Positions 1-9,488 are shown, counted from the first letter of the stretch. The stretch: 46,809 bases of DNA from Oscillospiraceae bacterium (GCA_051881895.1 JBJEQT010000098.1:1-46809); one strand, 5' to 3'. Numbers and translations are program-made. Notes: generated by a model not told the origin, from the sequence alone.

Positions 1-98
1 CGGTTGTTTGTATAAAATTCTTTTGCCCGATACCGCCGCCGAACGATATTCCCCCTTCTAAACAGATTTCGCCGCGGCTCACGCCGCAGATTTTCTCG

Positions 99-686
99 CT
101 AAATCTCGCTGTTTCCAGCCAGAAGCACCCACAGAAGGTAGCCGCAGGTCACCAGCAAGGAAACATTATAGCCGCTGCACCAAAACACTGCCGTTGCCAG
201 TACCGCCAATCCCGCGCCGCAAAAAACAGAAACCGTGCGCTGCCAAAAATCCGCCCGGCTGATCTCCATCCGATTTTGCAAAAGGCAGCGCAGGATCTGT
301 CCGCCATCCAAAACGCTGATGGGGAGCAGATTAAAAAATCCCAGCAACAGATGTACCCGCCGGATTGCCGGAAAGCGAAAAAGCAATACCGCAGTCAACA
401 GGTTGACAGCCGGGCCGGCAGCATAAATGCAAATCTCCCGTCCATAGGGCAGACCAAAGTCCGGCCTTTTTTCAATCCGCACGCCAAATCCGCCGAATAC
501 GATGCTTTGCGGCTGTTCTCCCAAAACCGTCATCGCAATCAGGTGTCCTGTCTCGTGGGCAAGCGCGGCCAATACCATCTGGCCTCCCAGCCCCGTCCGG
601 TCTAACAACAAAAACAGAATCAGGCCGCACAAAAAAGGGACCGAAATCCGCACATTTATTTTTCGCTCATGCTTTGGCAAACCCAT
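99..686 (-). CDS. Site-2 protease (peptidase M50) family membrane protein, SpoIVFB-like but short (no CBS domain)
   Basis: 195-aa ORF with several hydrophobic helices. It has the HExxH zinc motif (AHETGHLIAM) and the second S2P motif NLLPISVLDGG. Its start overlaps the stop of the upstream M23 gene by 20 nt. Confidence 0.75.
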   Translation of the reverse strand: MGLPKHERKINVRISVPFLCGLILFLLLDRTGLGGQMVLAALAHETGHLIAMTVLGEQPQSIVFGGFGVRIEKRPDFGLPYGREICIYAAGPAVNLLTAVLLFRFPAIRRVHLLLGFFNLLPISVLDGGQILRCLLQNRMEISRADFWQRTVSVFCGAGLAVLATAVFWCSGYNVSLLVTCGYLLWVLLAGNSEI

Positions 687-1650
687 CCTCCTGCTGTTCC
701 GGCTGTCGGGGTGCCAAAATCCAGGCAGGATCCACCCGCAGGCCGTTTATGCGTATTTCCCAATGCAGATGAGGGCCTGTTGACCATCCGGTAGAGCCGA
801 CATATCCGATCAGCTCCCCCTGGCGCAGCACATCCCCTTGTTTGGCGACAATAGAATCGCAGTGTGCATAAAAAGTCGCCAGCCCGCCGCTGTGGCTGAC
901 GAGCGCATAATTTCCGTAGATATCCGACCAGCCGACTTCGCTCACCACGCCGGGCCACGCAGCGCCGACGCGCGTTCCTTGTGCAGCCGCCAGGTCCAGG
1001 CCCGTATGAAAATCCAATTCGCCGGTAATCGGGTGAATCCGGTAACCAAAAGCACTGGTAACCATCCCTCTTTTCAGCGGAAGCAGCGGTTTGGCGCTGA
1101 CTGCCACCGGTGAAAGCAGGCACCCCTCCGGCGCCGGATAACGAGCTGTGCCGATTTCTTGGCCGGTACTGGAAAGGCTGACTGGCAAATACCCTCCCAT
1201 ACCTGCCGGAGCAGCAGAATCGGTCTGCTTTTCATCCGTTTCGCGGCTGTACCGCTCAATATATCGGTACAGCTCTTCCAGCTTTTCTGGCGACGCGCCT
1301 GCATGCTGCGCCTTTTCCTCTCCCGGCGTCAATGTGGCCGCGTCTGAGGTGGTGGCAGGCACTTGCCCACCCGGCTCTTGTTTTTTGAAAATCCCGGACA
1401 GAACATTTTCCACCTGTTTCGTCTGGTCAGCCGCGTTGATCTGGGCAAGCAGAATCTGCTTACCATCCGCAAACCACTGCGCGTCCAAAAGCCATCCGCC
1501 CAACAGGCACAATAAAAAAACAGCGCAGATAAAGATTTGCAGCGGCAGCACCCCTCCCGCCGCTTTCGGTGCGGATTCCCGCTGGCCATAAGGAACCGGC
1601 CTGTAAGGCATCCCGCCCCTTCGCCCACTGTAGTCCCGACGATCTGCCAT
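667..1650 (-). CDS. M23 family peptidoglycan metalloendopeptidase with N-terminal TM anchor
   Basis: 327-aa ORF. LytM-type catalytic motifs are intact (HTGLDLAA and GSTGWSTGPHLHWEIR). There is a hydrophobic segment LPLQIFICAVFLLCLLGGWLL. RBS GGAGG lies 8 nt before the ATG at 1650. Confidence 0.85.
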   Translation of the reverse strand: MADRRDYSGRRGGMPYRPVPYGQRESAPKAAGGVLPLQIFICAVFLLCLLGGWLLDAQWFADGKQILLAQINAADQTKQVENVLSGIFKKQEPGGQVPATTSDAATLTPGEEKAQHAGASPEKLEELYRYIERYSRETDEKQTDSAAPAGMGGYLPVSLSSTGQEIGTARYPAPEGCLLSPVAVSAKPLLPLKRGMVTSAFGYRIHPITGELDFHTGLDLAAAQGTRVGAAWPGVVSEVGWSDIYGNYALVSHSGGLATFYAHCDSIVAKQGDVLRQGELIGYVGSTGWSTGPHLHWEIRINGLRVDPAWILAPRQPEQQEDGFAKA

Positions 1651-1709
1651 ATCTGCCGCCTCCGTTTTGTTTGCTGATCCATCTTATGAAAAAAGCGGAC
1701 AAAATATGC

Positions 1710-1742
1710 AAAAAAGAAAGCGTTCCCGAAAGAACGCTCCCT
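1710..1742 (-). terminator. Intrinsic terminator after the large wall-hydrolase gene
   Basis: On the minus strand AGCGTTC / GAACGCT form a stem (1738..1732 with 1725..1719) with a 6-nt loop, followed by TTCTTTTTTG. It lies about 55 nt downstream of the stop at 1798. Confidence 0.6.
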
Positions 1743-1797
1743 TAAAAACTCCAATGGCTTATGGATGTTTTTTGCTATTATCTGCGGCAAAGAAACA

Positions 1798-4700
1798 CTA
1801 GCCCCAAATGGAGCCGCTTGCGGTTACCGTCACGGTCCATTCACAGGTGGAGCCGTCCTCCGCTGTAAGGGTAATCGTCGCAACGCCGGCTTTTACGCCC
1901 ACAACTACGCCGTCTTCGCTCACCGTCGCAACGGATGTGTCGCTGCTTTTGAACGTAACCTTGGGGTTCGACCCGGCGGGCCGCACCTCATAGGTCAGTT
2001 GTTTGCTGTTTCCGCGGCTGATGGTAATTTCTTCTTCCTTGGGCACAATTCCATCCGGCTCAGAGGACGAACCGCTGGAAGATGAGTCGCCGGACGAAGA
2101 AGAACTGCCGGACGAAGAGGCAACTTTCACTTGGCAGGAGGCGGATGCACCGTTGCTGGCCGTTACCGTAACCGTCGCCGTGCCGTTTCCTTTCGCTGTT
2201 ACCATGCCGCTGGCGTCAACTACCGCAACGCCTGAATTATCGCTTGCCCAGCGGTAGGTGATCGTCCCGCTGCCGCCGGTGGCAGAAGCGGTCAACTGAT
2301 ACTTGTCGCCAGGCTGCAAAGAAATCTCACTGCGATTCAGGACCACAGCTACCGCCGTACCTTTCACCGTAATCTTGCAGGATGCGGTTTTGCCGCCGTC
2401 CGCGGTCTTGGCAGTGATGGTCGCCGTTCCTTCTTTCTTGCCGGTCACGTTTCCGTTGGCGTCAACCACCGCCACCGACTCATCGGAACTGGTCCAGCTC
2501 ACGCCTTTATTCGTGGCGTTTTCCGGTTTGATGGTCGCCATCAAAGACAACGTTGCCCCGGCCTTGATAGTCGCGTTGGTTTGATCCAGGGAGATGCCGG
2601 TCACAGCCACGGCTGCTGTGCCGCCCGCGATATCGCCTACCGATTGGGTACCGGTAGCCACATTGCCCATTCCCATGGAGGACAAAAATGACTTGATGGA
2701 AGAAGCGATCTGGGAGGCAATGGCCTTCTGGTAGCTGGTCGTAATTAGCTTATAATATTCCGACTGATTGGAAACGAAACCGGTTTCCAGCAAAATCGAC
2801 GGGAATTCGCTGTCACGCGTCATATAATAGCGTCCGAATTTGGCGCCGCGGTTCCCGGTCTCCAACGCACTGGCGGTAGCGGAGCTTACCTTGGCCGCTA
2901 AGTCGGAGGAAAAGGCATTAAAGTAATAGACTTCGGAGCCGCTGCTGGAAGAGCTGGTGGAGGAATTCGCATGTATGCTGATCAACAGGTGCGGATCGGC
3001 GCTCTTGCCGTTGTTCAGACGGGTAAGCAGCTCCACTCTGCCGTTGGTCGTGTTGTTCATGTAAACGTAGGCACCCATGGATTCCAGCTCTGCTTTCAGA
3101 TATTTGGAGATTGCCTGGTTCACCTCGTACTCGTTGTAATCCTCACGGAAGCCCAGGGCGCCCGGATCGACGCTGGAGTGTCCGGGATCGATCACAATTC
3201 TGGCGCCGCTCATCGAGGCGGGAGGATTGTTGCATTGGAACACCAAATAGCCGGTATCCGATTCGTAGTATGCCTTATAGCCCAAAAAGCCGTTTTTAAG
3301 CTTCAGTTTCAACGTGCTGTCGCTCCAGGCAGCGGAACTGAACAGCGGATTCTTCGAAAGGGCCAGATCATCCGGCACACTGTCGGTATAATGGAATTCT
3401 ATACTGATGGCACTGGAGGAATAGCGGAATGTGTACGCCGCCTTTTGCGACATTTTCAGCTTCACATAGGTATGTCCGCTGTCGCTGACGACCTGCAGGC
3501 CGGAAATGACATTCTTCTCCATCGTTCCGCCAACAGTGGTAATGTCTTTGGAATAGACCCGGCGGCCGGAAGCCAGATTGTAGTAAGAATAGGTGGTGCT
3601 GCCCTCTTTGTAGATCAGCTCATCGCCCACCACAAAGTCCAGGCTGCCTTTGCACAAGGGGAAATAATCCGGCTGAGACAGATCATCCAGCGTATTGTCC
3701 GGGAAGGTCTCTGCCTGGGAGGCCGTCACCTGCACCAGCACGCCATCGCTGATCTGCACTTTCTTATTGATCGTTACATAAGCGCCCTGCAAAGAGTCGG
3801 TCACGCCGCTCCAGCTGGCGGAAATCGATACATTCCCCAATTTCTGCACCGAAGAAGTCGCCGCGGGAATGGTAAATTGGCCGCTGAATTTTACAAAGTT
3901 GGTGTCCTTATCCGTAGAGTCGTCGTCCGCCGTATCGCGGGTCAGCTGAATCGACTGCCCGCCCAGCGTAGCGGTGACCTTGGCGTCCTTATACGCCATC
4001 GCAGATACCGTGACCTCTGTTCCTCCGTTTACCGTCAGATTGCCCTGGGGAGAAATGCTTTCCAGCACTTTCACCACACGGGTGATGTTATAGGTCACAT
4101 TCTGATCTTTGTGTTTAAAGGTGAAAGTGTTCAAACCCGGCTTCAGTTCCAGCTCCATGCTGAAGTAGCCGTTTTCATCTCGATTCAGCTTTTCGCCGTT
4201 GAACAGCGCGTCAAAATACGGGTCAGAAGAGCCGCTGAACACAACCGTCGGCTCATAGGTGGTAAATGTTGTCTCTTTGGGCTTGGCAACTTCCAGCTTG
4301 GTGGCAAAGTATTCCACATTCAGCTCCTCATTAAAGAGCTTTTTCAGCGCGGTCGTACTGCCCTGCGGGTCCGCTTTCAACCGGCTCAAAGAGTCGAACA
4401 TGCTTCCTTTGTATCCGGCGATTTCCCGGGCTTCCATCATCTGCTCTGTCAGTTCGGTCGGGCTTGTCCAGCCTGTTTCGGTGGAAACCGATTTGCTGGA
4501 AGCCTGCACCGCATACAGCGGGATGTCTTTCTGCTGCGCCAATGACGCCCACCACTGAATGACAGTCGCAAAAGGCGTTGCGGTATTTTTTCTGGAGCCG
4601 AACGCTTTCACGGCAATAAAATCGTAATATCCCTGCTCCACAAAAGCTTTGGTGTCGGCATAGCCGTCAGTCAGCGCCTGAAAACCAGCGGAGGTATCAG

Positions 4701-5562
4701 ACCCCGCCTCATTGGCAGACTTGTTTGCCCAGACGCTGTCTGCTAAAAGCCCCACCTGGATGCTGCGCCTTCCCTGATGGAACGCATTCACAACTGCTTT
4801 CATGGCAGAATCGGTGGCGCTGTACATATAATTTTCAAAGCCCATTCCGCCTCCGGTGCTCAAATAAGAAGCGTAGGCTGCACCGTCTCCGGACGAAATC
4901 AGATAGTAATTGTCCAGCAAAACGCCGTCCAGATCATATTTTTGGGCAAAAGCCTTGGCGTTTTCCGTCACACAGCTCAAAACCGCCGCGTCCACTTTAT
5001 CCGCCAGCGTGTTTTTCCCGTCCTGCTGCGTTTTCAATACGTCAAAAGTGGAATATACAAACAGCCCATTTTCCCGGCATTTGGCAACAATATACTCCAT
5101 CACGTCAAAATCGGTGGGTACGCTGACCGCTGTTCCGCTTTTGTACAAAACATAATCTTTGTAAACCGAATCGATGATAATCGTATTCATCATCAAATCT
5201 TTCGCATCCGCAACAGCCTTGTCGATCGCGGCCTTCACCGTCGCCGCATCATAGTTGCCGCCCGTTAAAAAATCGGTGCCCGGAACCAGCCATACCCCTC
5301 GCATTTCGTCCGGATTGTTAAACACCACCGGCGTATTGTCCGGCGCCGTATTATCCGGCTCCGGGTCCGGTTCCGGCTCGCCCGAAGGCTCGTCGCCCGG
5401 ATCCTGCTGCGGCTCATCGACGGCGCTTTGGCTCACATCCGCAGGATCCTTTTCCGGCGCGTTCGCCACCACCGCCACCACCGTGACAGTAAGGGTAATG
5501 ACCGCCAAAAGAACACCGATGACGATCCCCAATATTTTTTTGTTGCTCAGCAAATAAGCCAT
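1798..5562 (-). CDS. Multidomain cell-wall hydrolase: TM anchor, GHL10 (glycoside hydrolase-like 10) domain, beta-rich middle region, N-acetylmuramoyl-L-alanine amidase (amidase_3), three Big_2 Ig-like domains
   Basis: The track ORF runs 1798..5637. I place the start at ATG 5562 (MAYLLSNKKILGIVIGVLLAV...) because GGAGG sits 5 nt upstream and this removes the overlap with the upstream gene. GHL10-like region is roughly nt 4500-5310 (MRGVWLVPGTDF...). Amidase_3 motifs are IVIDPGHSSVDPGALG, LISIHANSS and LLETGFVSNQSEY (roughly nt 2700-3200). Big_2 repeats (e.g. SWTSSDESVAVVDANGNVTGKKEGTATITAKT) occupy roughly nt 1800-2640 and include a poly-Ser linker. Confidence 0.85.
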   Translation of the reverse strand: MAYLLSNKKILGIVIGVLLAVITLTVTVVAVVANAPEKDPADVSQSAVDEPQQDPGDEPSGEPEPDPEPDNTAPDNTPVVFNNPDEMRGVWLVPGTDFLTGGNYDAATVKAAIDKAVADAKDLMMNTIIIDSVYKDYVLYKSGTAVSVPTDFDVMEYIVAKCRENGLFVYSTFDVLKTQQDGKNTLADKVDAAVLSCVTENAKAFAQKYDLDGVLLDNYYLISSGDGAAYASYLSTGGGMGFENYMYSATDSAMKAVVNAFHQGRRSIQVGLLADSVWANKSANEAGSDTSAGFQALTDGYADTKAFVEQGYYDFIAVKAFGSRKNTATPFATVIQWWASLAQQKDIPLYAVQASSKSVSTETGWTSPTELTEQMMEAREIAGYKGSMFDSLSRLKADPQGSTTALKKLFNEELNVEYFATKLEVAKPKETTFTTYEPTVVFSGSSDPYFDALFNGEKLNRDENGYFSMELELKPGLNTFTFKHKDQNVTYNITRVVKVLESISPQGNLTVNGGTEVTVSAMAYKDAKVTATLGGQSIQLTRDTADDDSTDKDTNFVKFSGQFTIPAATSSVQKLGNVSISASWSGVTDSLQGAYVTINKKVQISDGVLVQVTASQAETFPDNTLDDLSQPDYFPLCKGSLDFVVGDELIYKEGSTTYSYYNLASGRRVYSKDITTVGGTMEKNVISGLQVVSDSGHTYVKLKMSQKAAYTFRYSSSAISIEFHYTDSVPDDLALSKNPLFSSAAWSDSTLKLKLKNGFLGYKAYYESDTGYLVFQCNNPPASMSGARIVIDPGHSSVDPGALGFREDYNEYEVNQAISKYLKAELESMGAYVYMNNTTNGRVELLTRLNNGKSADPHLLISIHANSSTSSSSSGSEVYYFNAFSSDLAAKVSSATASALETGNRGAKFGRYYMTRDSEFPSILLETGFVSNQSEYYKLITTSYQKAIASQIASSIKSFLSSMGMGNVATGTQSVGDIAGGTAAVAVTGISLDQTNATIKAGATLSLMATIKPENATNKGVSWTSSDESVAVVDANGNVTGKKEGTATITAKTADGGKTASCKITVKGTAVAVVLNRSEISLQPGDKYQLTASATGGSGTITYRWASDNSGVAVVDASGMVTAKGNGTATVTVTASNGASASCQVKVASSSGSSSSSGDSSSSGSSSEPDGIVPKEEEITISRGNSKQLTYEVRPAGSNPKVTFKSSDTSVATVSEDGVVVGVKAGVATITLTAEDGSTCEWTVTVTASGSIWG

Positions 5563-5614
5563 ATGTACCTCCCCCGCGGCTGGCCGCCGCTTTCTCTCCT
5601 TATCCTCTTCCTTT

Positions 5615-7123
5615 TTACAAAACGTCGGCCAGGGCATTTTTCTCTTTTTCTACCTGGCTTTTTACTGACGAATCCGGGTTGAACAAGGACGCATACCGGA
5701 ACAAAGCGAATCCGCCGTATTTTTTATAGTCTCTGGCGGACTGTACCTGACGGGCCAAAATGGCCGAATCACTGATCCATTCATTTTTGCCGTTTCCGGC
5801 CCAGGTATCCGTCAGACCGATCTTATACGGTGCCAGGCCGATATAAAGCGATATGCCGGAAACCTTGATTTTATTATTCCACAACTCCACCGTTTCGGTA
5901 AACGGATGGGTAGAGTTGTTAAATCCAAAGTAAATCTGCGGGCAGATGTAATCCACATATCCTTGATTGGAAAGCCATTTGTCCACATCGATGTACTGGC
6001 TGTTGTAATTGTTGGAAGGATTGCCCTGAGGGCTCACGCCAAAGCGCACCGAAGAATCCGTCGCCTTGATGACAGAATAAACATCCCGAATCAGGATATT
6101 CACGTTTTCCCTCCGCCAATCTCCCAAAGACAGGGAACCTCCGCCGCTTTGGTATTCCCGGTAGGCGGTGCTGTCAAAACTGTCATTGGGCGACGGGTAG
6201 AAATAATCGTCAAAATGGATGCCGTCCAGATTGTAATTCTCCACCAGCTCCCGCACGCCGTTTACGATCAGCTCCCGCACCGCGGGACGCGCCGGGTTGT
6301 AATAAATGCCGCCTCCATAGCGGATCACATAATCCTCTTCTTCATCCTCCCATTGGGAAGCGATGTTGGAAGAACAAAGCGCGTTGTTGTTCCCGGAGGC
6401 TCGAATACGGTAAGGATTGACCCAGGCCTCAATTTCCAGGCCCAGGGCATGCGCCTCTTCGATCATCACCTGCAGCGGATCATAGCCGGGATTTTTCCCT
6501 TCCGTTCCGGTGCACAGGTAAGACCACGGGAAATACTCTGATTCATAAAGCGCATCTGCGAAAGGACGCACCTGCACGATAGCCACATTGCAGCCCAAAT
6601 CGGACACGTTTTGAAAAGCCGCTTTGATATTCTGCCGGAATGCCGCTTGACTTTTTCCTTTGAGCATGCCCGACAAATCCAGATAAGAAAACCAAACCGC
6701 CCGGTACTCATCACCGGCATAGCCGCCCGAACTGCCGCCCGGCTGAGAAGAAGAACTGCCCGATGATGCAGAACTCACCTGTGAGCTGCTGGAAGCGCCG
6801 GAGCTGCTCGGGGCCATGGAACCGCTTTGAGAAGACGAACTGCCCTGGCTGGAAGAACTTCCACCGGACTGTATCGGTGCGGAAGAAGACGACGCCGCTG
6901 AGGAGGATGCCTGCGCCTGCGAGGAAAGTACAATCGGGTCGGAAGATGACGGCACCTCGCCGCTGCCCTGCGAACTCTCCGGTTTTTCCGGCTGGGAAAG
7001 CACGGTGCCCTCTCCCAACAGCATCTGCGGTTCAGGAGCCGAATCAACCGTTTGCCCGGAACAGCCAGCCAAGGCCGCCAGCAGGATAACGGCGCTCATC
7101 AAAATACAGATGATTCGTTTCAT
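5615..7123 (-). CDS. GHL10-family (YngK/DigH-like) putative glycoside hydrolase lipoprotein with long Ser-rich linker
   Basis: 502-aa ORF. Lipoprotein signal MKRIICILMSAVILLAALAGCSG. About 80 aa of low-complexity Ser-rich sequence follow. Then comes a domain paralogous to the N-terminal domain of the neighbouring large protein (YRAVWFSYLDL..., WVNPYR..., DGIHFDDYFYP). RBS GGGAGGA lies 6 nt before the ATG. Confidence 0.8.
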   Translation of the reverse strand: MKRIICILMSAVILLAALAGCSGQTVDSAPEPQMLLGEGTVLSQPEKPESSQGSGEVPSSSDPIVLSSQAQASSSAASSSSAPIQSGGSSSSQGSSSSQSGSMAPSSSGASSSSQVSSASSGSSSSQPGGSSGGYAGDEYRAVWFSYLDLSGMLKGKSQAAFRQNIKAAFQNVSDLGCNVAIVQVRPFADALYESEYFPWSYLCTGTEGKNPGYDPLQVMIEEAHALGLEIEAWVNPYRIRASGNNNALCSSNIASQWEDEEEDYVIRYGGGIYYNPARPAVRELIVNGVRELVENYNLDGIHFDDYFYPSPNDSFDSTAYREYQSGGGSLSLGDWRRENVNILIRDVYSVIKATDSSVRFGVSPQGNPSNNYNSQYIDVDKWLSNQGYVDYICPQIYFGFNNSTHPFTETVELWNNKIKVSGISLYIGLAPYKIGLTDTWAGNGKNEWISDSAILARQVQSARDYKKYGGFALFRYASLFNPDSSVKSQVEKEKNALADVL

Positions 7124-7318
7124 TCTTGTCCTCCCATAGCGGATATCACTGGATATCTACTTCTAATTTTATACTTTATGCAAATTAATAGCAAGAGATT
7201 ACACACACATTTTTACAAAATTATTGCATAAAATGACAAATTTGTACAGAGGAAATCCATGGAAAGCGCCCGTCCTTCGGTGATTTCAAAAATTAGCCTT
7301 CATTTTACACCGCCTGCA

Positions 7319-7356
7319 TAAAAAAGGCGGGGAGCCGCATCAAACGAATCCCCGCC
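7319..7356 (-). terminator. Intrinsic terminator after the M20 peptidase gene
   Basis: Minus strand GGCGGGGA (7356..7349) pairs with TCCCCGCC (7333..7326), followed by TTTTTTA. It lies about 45 nt after the stop at 7404. Confidence 0.65.
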
Positions 7357-7403
7357 TGCTTTTATACTGTCAAATCCACTGCCGTGCCCGGCGATTGACA
7401 CTG

Positions 7404-8543
7404 CTACGCAAAATACTCGGCAATAACGGTCCCGACCACCAACGGCCCTGTTTCCAGGCTGTCCAATTCCACAAATTCCTGCCGCGTATGCCCTTTGTGG
7501 CCTATGTATCCGCCAAAACATACAGCCGGAACGCCCACGGACAAAGGAATATTACAGTCGGTAGAAGCCGCTCCCGTTGCAATTTCCTTTACGCCGGTAT
7601 AGTAAGTCATCACTTCGCGGCAGCGGCTGACCAGTTCTTCCTGTTTGGCCGGGTCCACGCTGCCGGTGCAGGGACGAAGCCCCAGCAAATCCACATTGAC
7701 CGTAATACCCATGGCGCGGTAGCTTTCCACCACGCTTTTGAAAAACCGGTCCATGATTTCCAAACTTTCCTTGCAGTCGGAGCGGAATTCGTATAACATG
7801 GAGGCCTGCTGTGCGATGGTATTTACCGATGTGCCGCCTTCGATCATTCCCACGTTGTAGGTCGTGCGTCCCCCTTGCGGCACTTTCATCTGATACAGCG
7901 TATCGATCATGGACGCCAGCAGATGGATGGCGTTCCGGTTGCCGAAGTTGCCGTAGGAATGTCCGCCCTCGGTCAACACTTCCACCCGGTAACGCATGGA
8001 GCCAACCGCGCCGGTGACCATCGAGGTAAAGGTACCATCCAGCGCCAGCACCTCTTTGATCCGTCCTGCATAGTCCTCCATGATCTGGCGGCACCCTTTG
8101 AGGTTTCCAAGGCCCTCCTCGCCGGAATCGACAACAAACATCACGGCGCCTTTGGGGGTCAGCCCATTCTCCAGAATAAATTTTACGATCATCAGCATAA
8201 TCGCCACATTGGCCGTATCGTCGCCGATGCCGGGCGAAAAGATTTTCCCGTCCTCAATGCGCAACGGCATTGGTTCCATATCCGGGAACACCGTATCCGA
8301 ATGGGCCATCACCGCTACAATTTCGTCGGAACCCTCGCAGTTCATCGGGCAAATCACATTCAGTGCCTTGTCGATGGTCACATTCTGAGCGCCCAGCTTT
8401 TCCAGCCATTGTTTGCAGAAAGCCGCCCTTTTTTCTTCATGATTGGAAGGGGCCGGGATCTGGCAGATCGTAATCATCAAATCCACCAGTTCCTGATGGT
8501 GCTCTTTGAAAAACTGCCTTAATTTTTCCTCATATCGATACAC
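7404..8543 (-). CDS. M20/M25/M40 family metallopeptidase (peptidase T / tripeptidase-like)
   Basis: Motifs MAHSDTVFP, GIGDDTANVA and VVDSGEEGLGNLKG. The track ORF extends to 8657 and would overlap the upstream gene. GTG at 8543 follows AAAGGAGAG and gives a normal N-terminus (VYRYEEKLRQFFKEH...). Confidence 0.8.
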   Translation of the reverse strand: MYRYEEKLRQFFKEHHQELVDLMITICQIPAPSNHEEKRAAFCKQWLEKLGAQNVTIDKALNVICPMNCEGSDEIVAVMAHSDTVFPDMEPMPLRIEDGKIFSPGIGDDTANVAIMLMIVKFILENGLTPKGAVMFVVDSGEEGLGNLKGCRQIMEDYAGRIKEVLALDGTFTSMVTGAVGSMRYRVEVLTEGGHSYGNFGNRNAIHLLASMIDTLYQMKVPQGGRTTYNVGMIEGGTSVNTIAQQASMLYEFRSDCKESLEIMDRFFKSVVESYRAMGITVNVDLLGLRPCTGSVDPAKQEELVSRCREVMTYYTGVKEIATGAASTDCNIPLSVGVPAVCFGGYIGHKGHTRQEFVELDSLETGPLVVGTVIAEYFA

Positions 8544-8562
8544 AAAGCTTCTCTCCTTTTTG

Positions 8563-9375
8563 TTAATCCGCAATCGAAACCAGAATCGGCTTGCGCTGCT
8601 CATACAAAGCAACATGGCGGAATCCTGCTTCCAGCGCCATTTCCCGGGCCGTATCAAAATCCGCTCCTACGTCTTTGGACAGATGTGCATCGGAGCCCAC
8701 GGTCAAATACCGGCCTCCTGCTTCTTTGAACATCTTCAGGATTTTCACAGAGGGCAGCGCTTCCTTTGGGGACTGGCGAATGCCGGAGGTATTGATTTCC
8801 AGCGCCTTGCCCCGCTCAGCCAGACGGCGCAGAATCGGCATCAGCCGGTCGGAATATTCCGCCAGATCCACCTTGATCCCATGGTTGGCCGCATAGCGTT
8901 TTACCAAATCCACATGACCCAGCGAGTCAAAATCGCAGGTGTCCACCAATTCCCACAGATACTCCAGATTCTGCCGGATAATGCGCTTTGCTTCCGCTTC
9001 GTCGGCAAAGGCCATTTTGCCCATGTCCACATTATCCATTTTGTGCACCGAACCGATGATAAAATCGAACGGGAACAGGTCGATGATGGTCTTTTCCCAC
9101 TCACGGTCCAGCTGCCCCTGACCCATTTCAACGCCGGCCTTCAGCGTCAGCTTTCCGGCAAATTTTTCCCGGCATTGGGCCAGATGATCAAAATATTCCT
9201 GCATATACGAAACGGGATAGCGCTTAAAGTTATTGCTGAAAAACTCCATATGCTCCGTAAAGGCAAGCTCCGTCAGGCCCTTTTGAATCGCCGCCTCGCA
9301 GCTTTCCTCCATCGGCGTTTTACAGTCTGGCGAAATGTCACTGTGCAAATGATAATCAGCCGTGATTTTCTTCAT
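8563..9375 (-). CDS. PHP-domain histidinol-phosphatase (HisJ/HisK) family protein
   Basis: N-terminal DYHLHSDISPDC, then FTEHMEF, GSVH, LGHVD and VGSDAH metal-ligand motifs typical of PHP phosphoesterases. I prefer ATG 9375 (MKKITADYHLHS) because GAAAGGA lies 8 nt upstream. The track start is 9411. Confidence 0.75.
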   Translation of the reverse strand: MKKITADYHLHSDISPDCKTPMEESCEAAIQKGLTELAFTEHMEFFSNNFKRYPVSYMQEYFDHLAQCREKFAGKLTLKAGVEMGQGQLDREWEKTIIDLFPFDFIIGSVHKMDNVDMGKMAFADEAEAKRIIRQNLEYLWELVDTCDFDSLGHVDLVKRYAANHGIKVDLAEYSDRLMPILRRLAERGKALEINTSGIRQSPKEALPSVKILKMFKEAGGRYLTVGSDAHLSKDVGADFDTAREMALEAGFRHVALYEQRKPILVSIAD

Positions 9376-9488
9376 ATCGATCATCCTTTCGGCATCTCTT
9401 ATGCGCGGCATTTTGCCGCATTTTCTGCTCCTATTGTAATCCCGGTCAACAAAAAAGTCCAGATAATCGATGGAAAAACCCCTGTTTT

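Noticed and set aside
1-98. Possible start of another minus-strand gene at the left window edge (purine-rich AGAAGGGGGAA followed by an open frame).
   Set aside because: No clear start codon could be placed, and fewer than 25 codons are visible. There is not enough sequence to call it.
2971-4545. 524-aa plus-strand ORF, and similar long plus-strand ORFs at 8506..9492, 12135..13220, 24414..25334, 25935..27026, 33044..33919, 38285..39733 and 40914..41660.
   Set aside because: Each lies entirely antisense to a minus-strand gene that has clear family motifs. Their translations are Arg/Gly/His-rich low-information sequence with no RBS. These are typical stop-free shadow frames in high-GC DNA.
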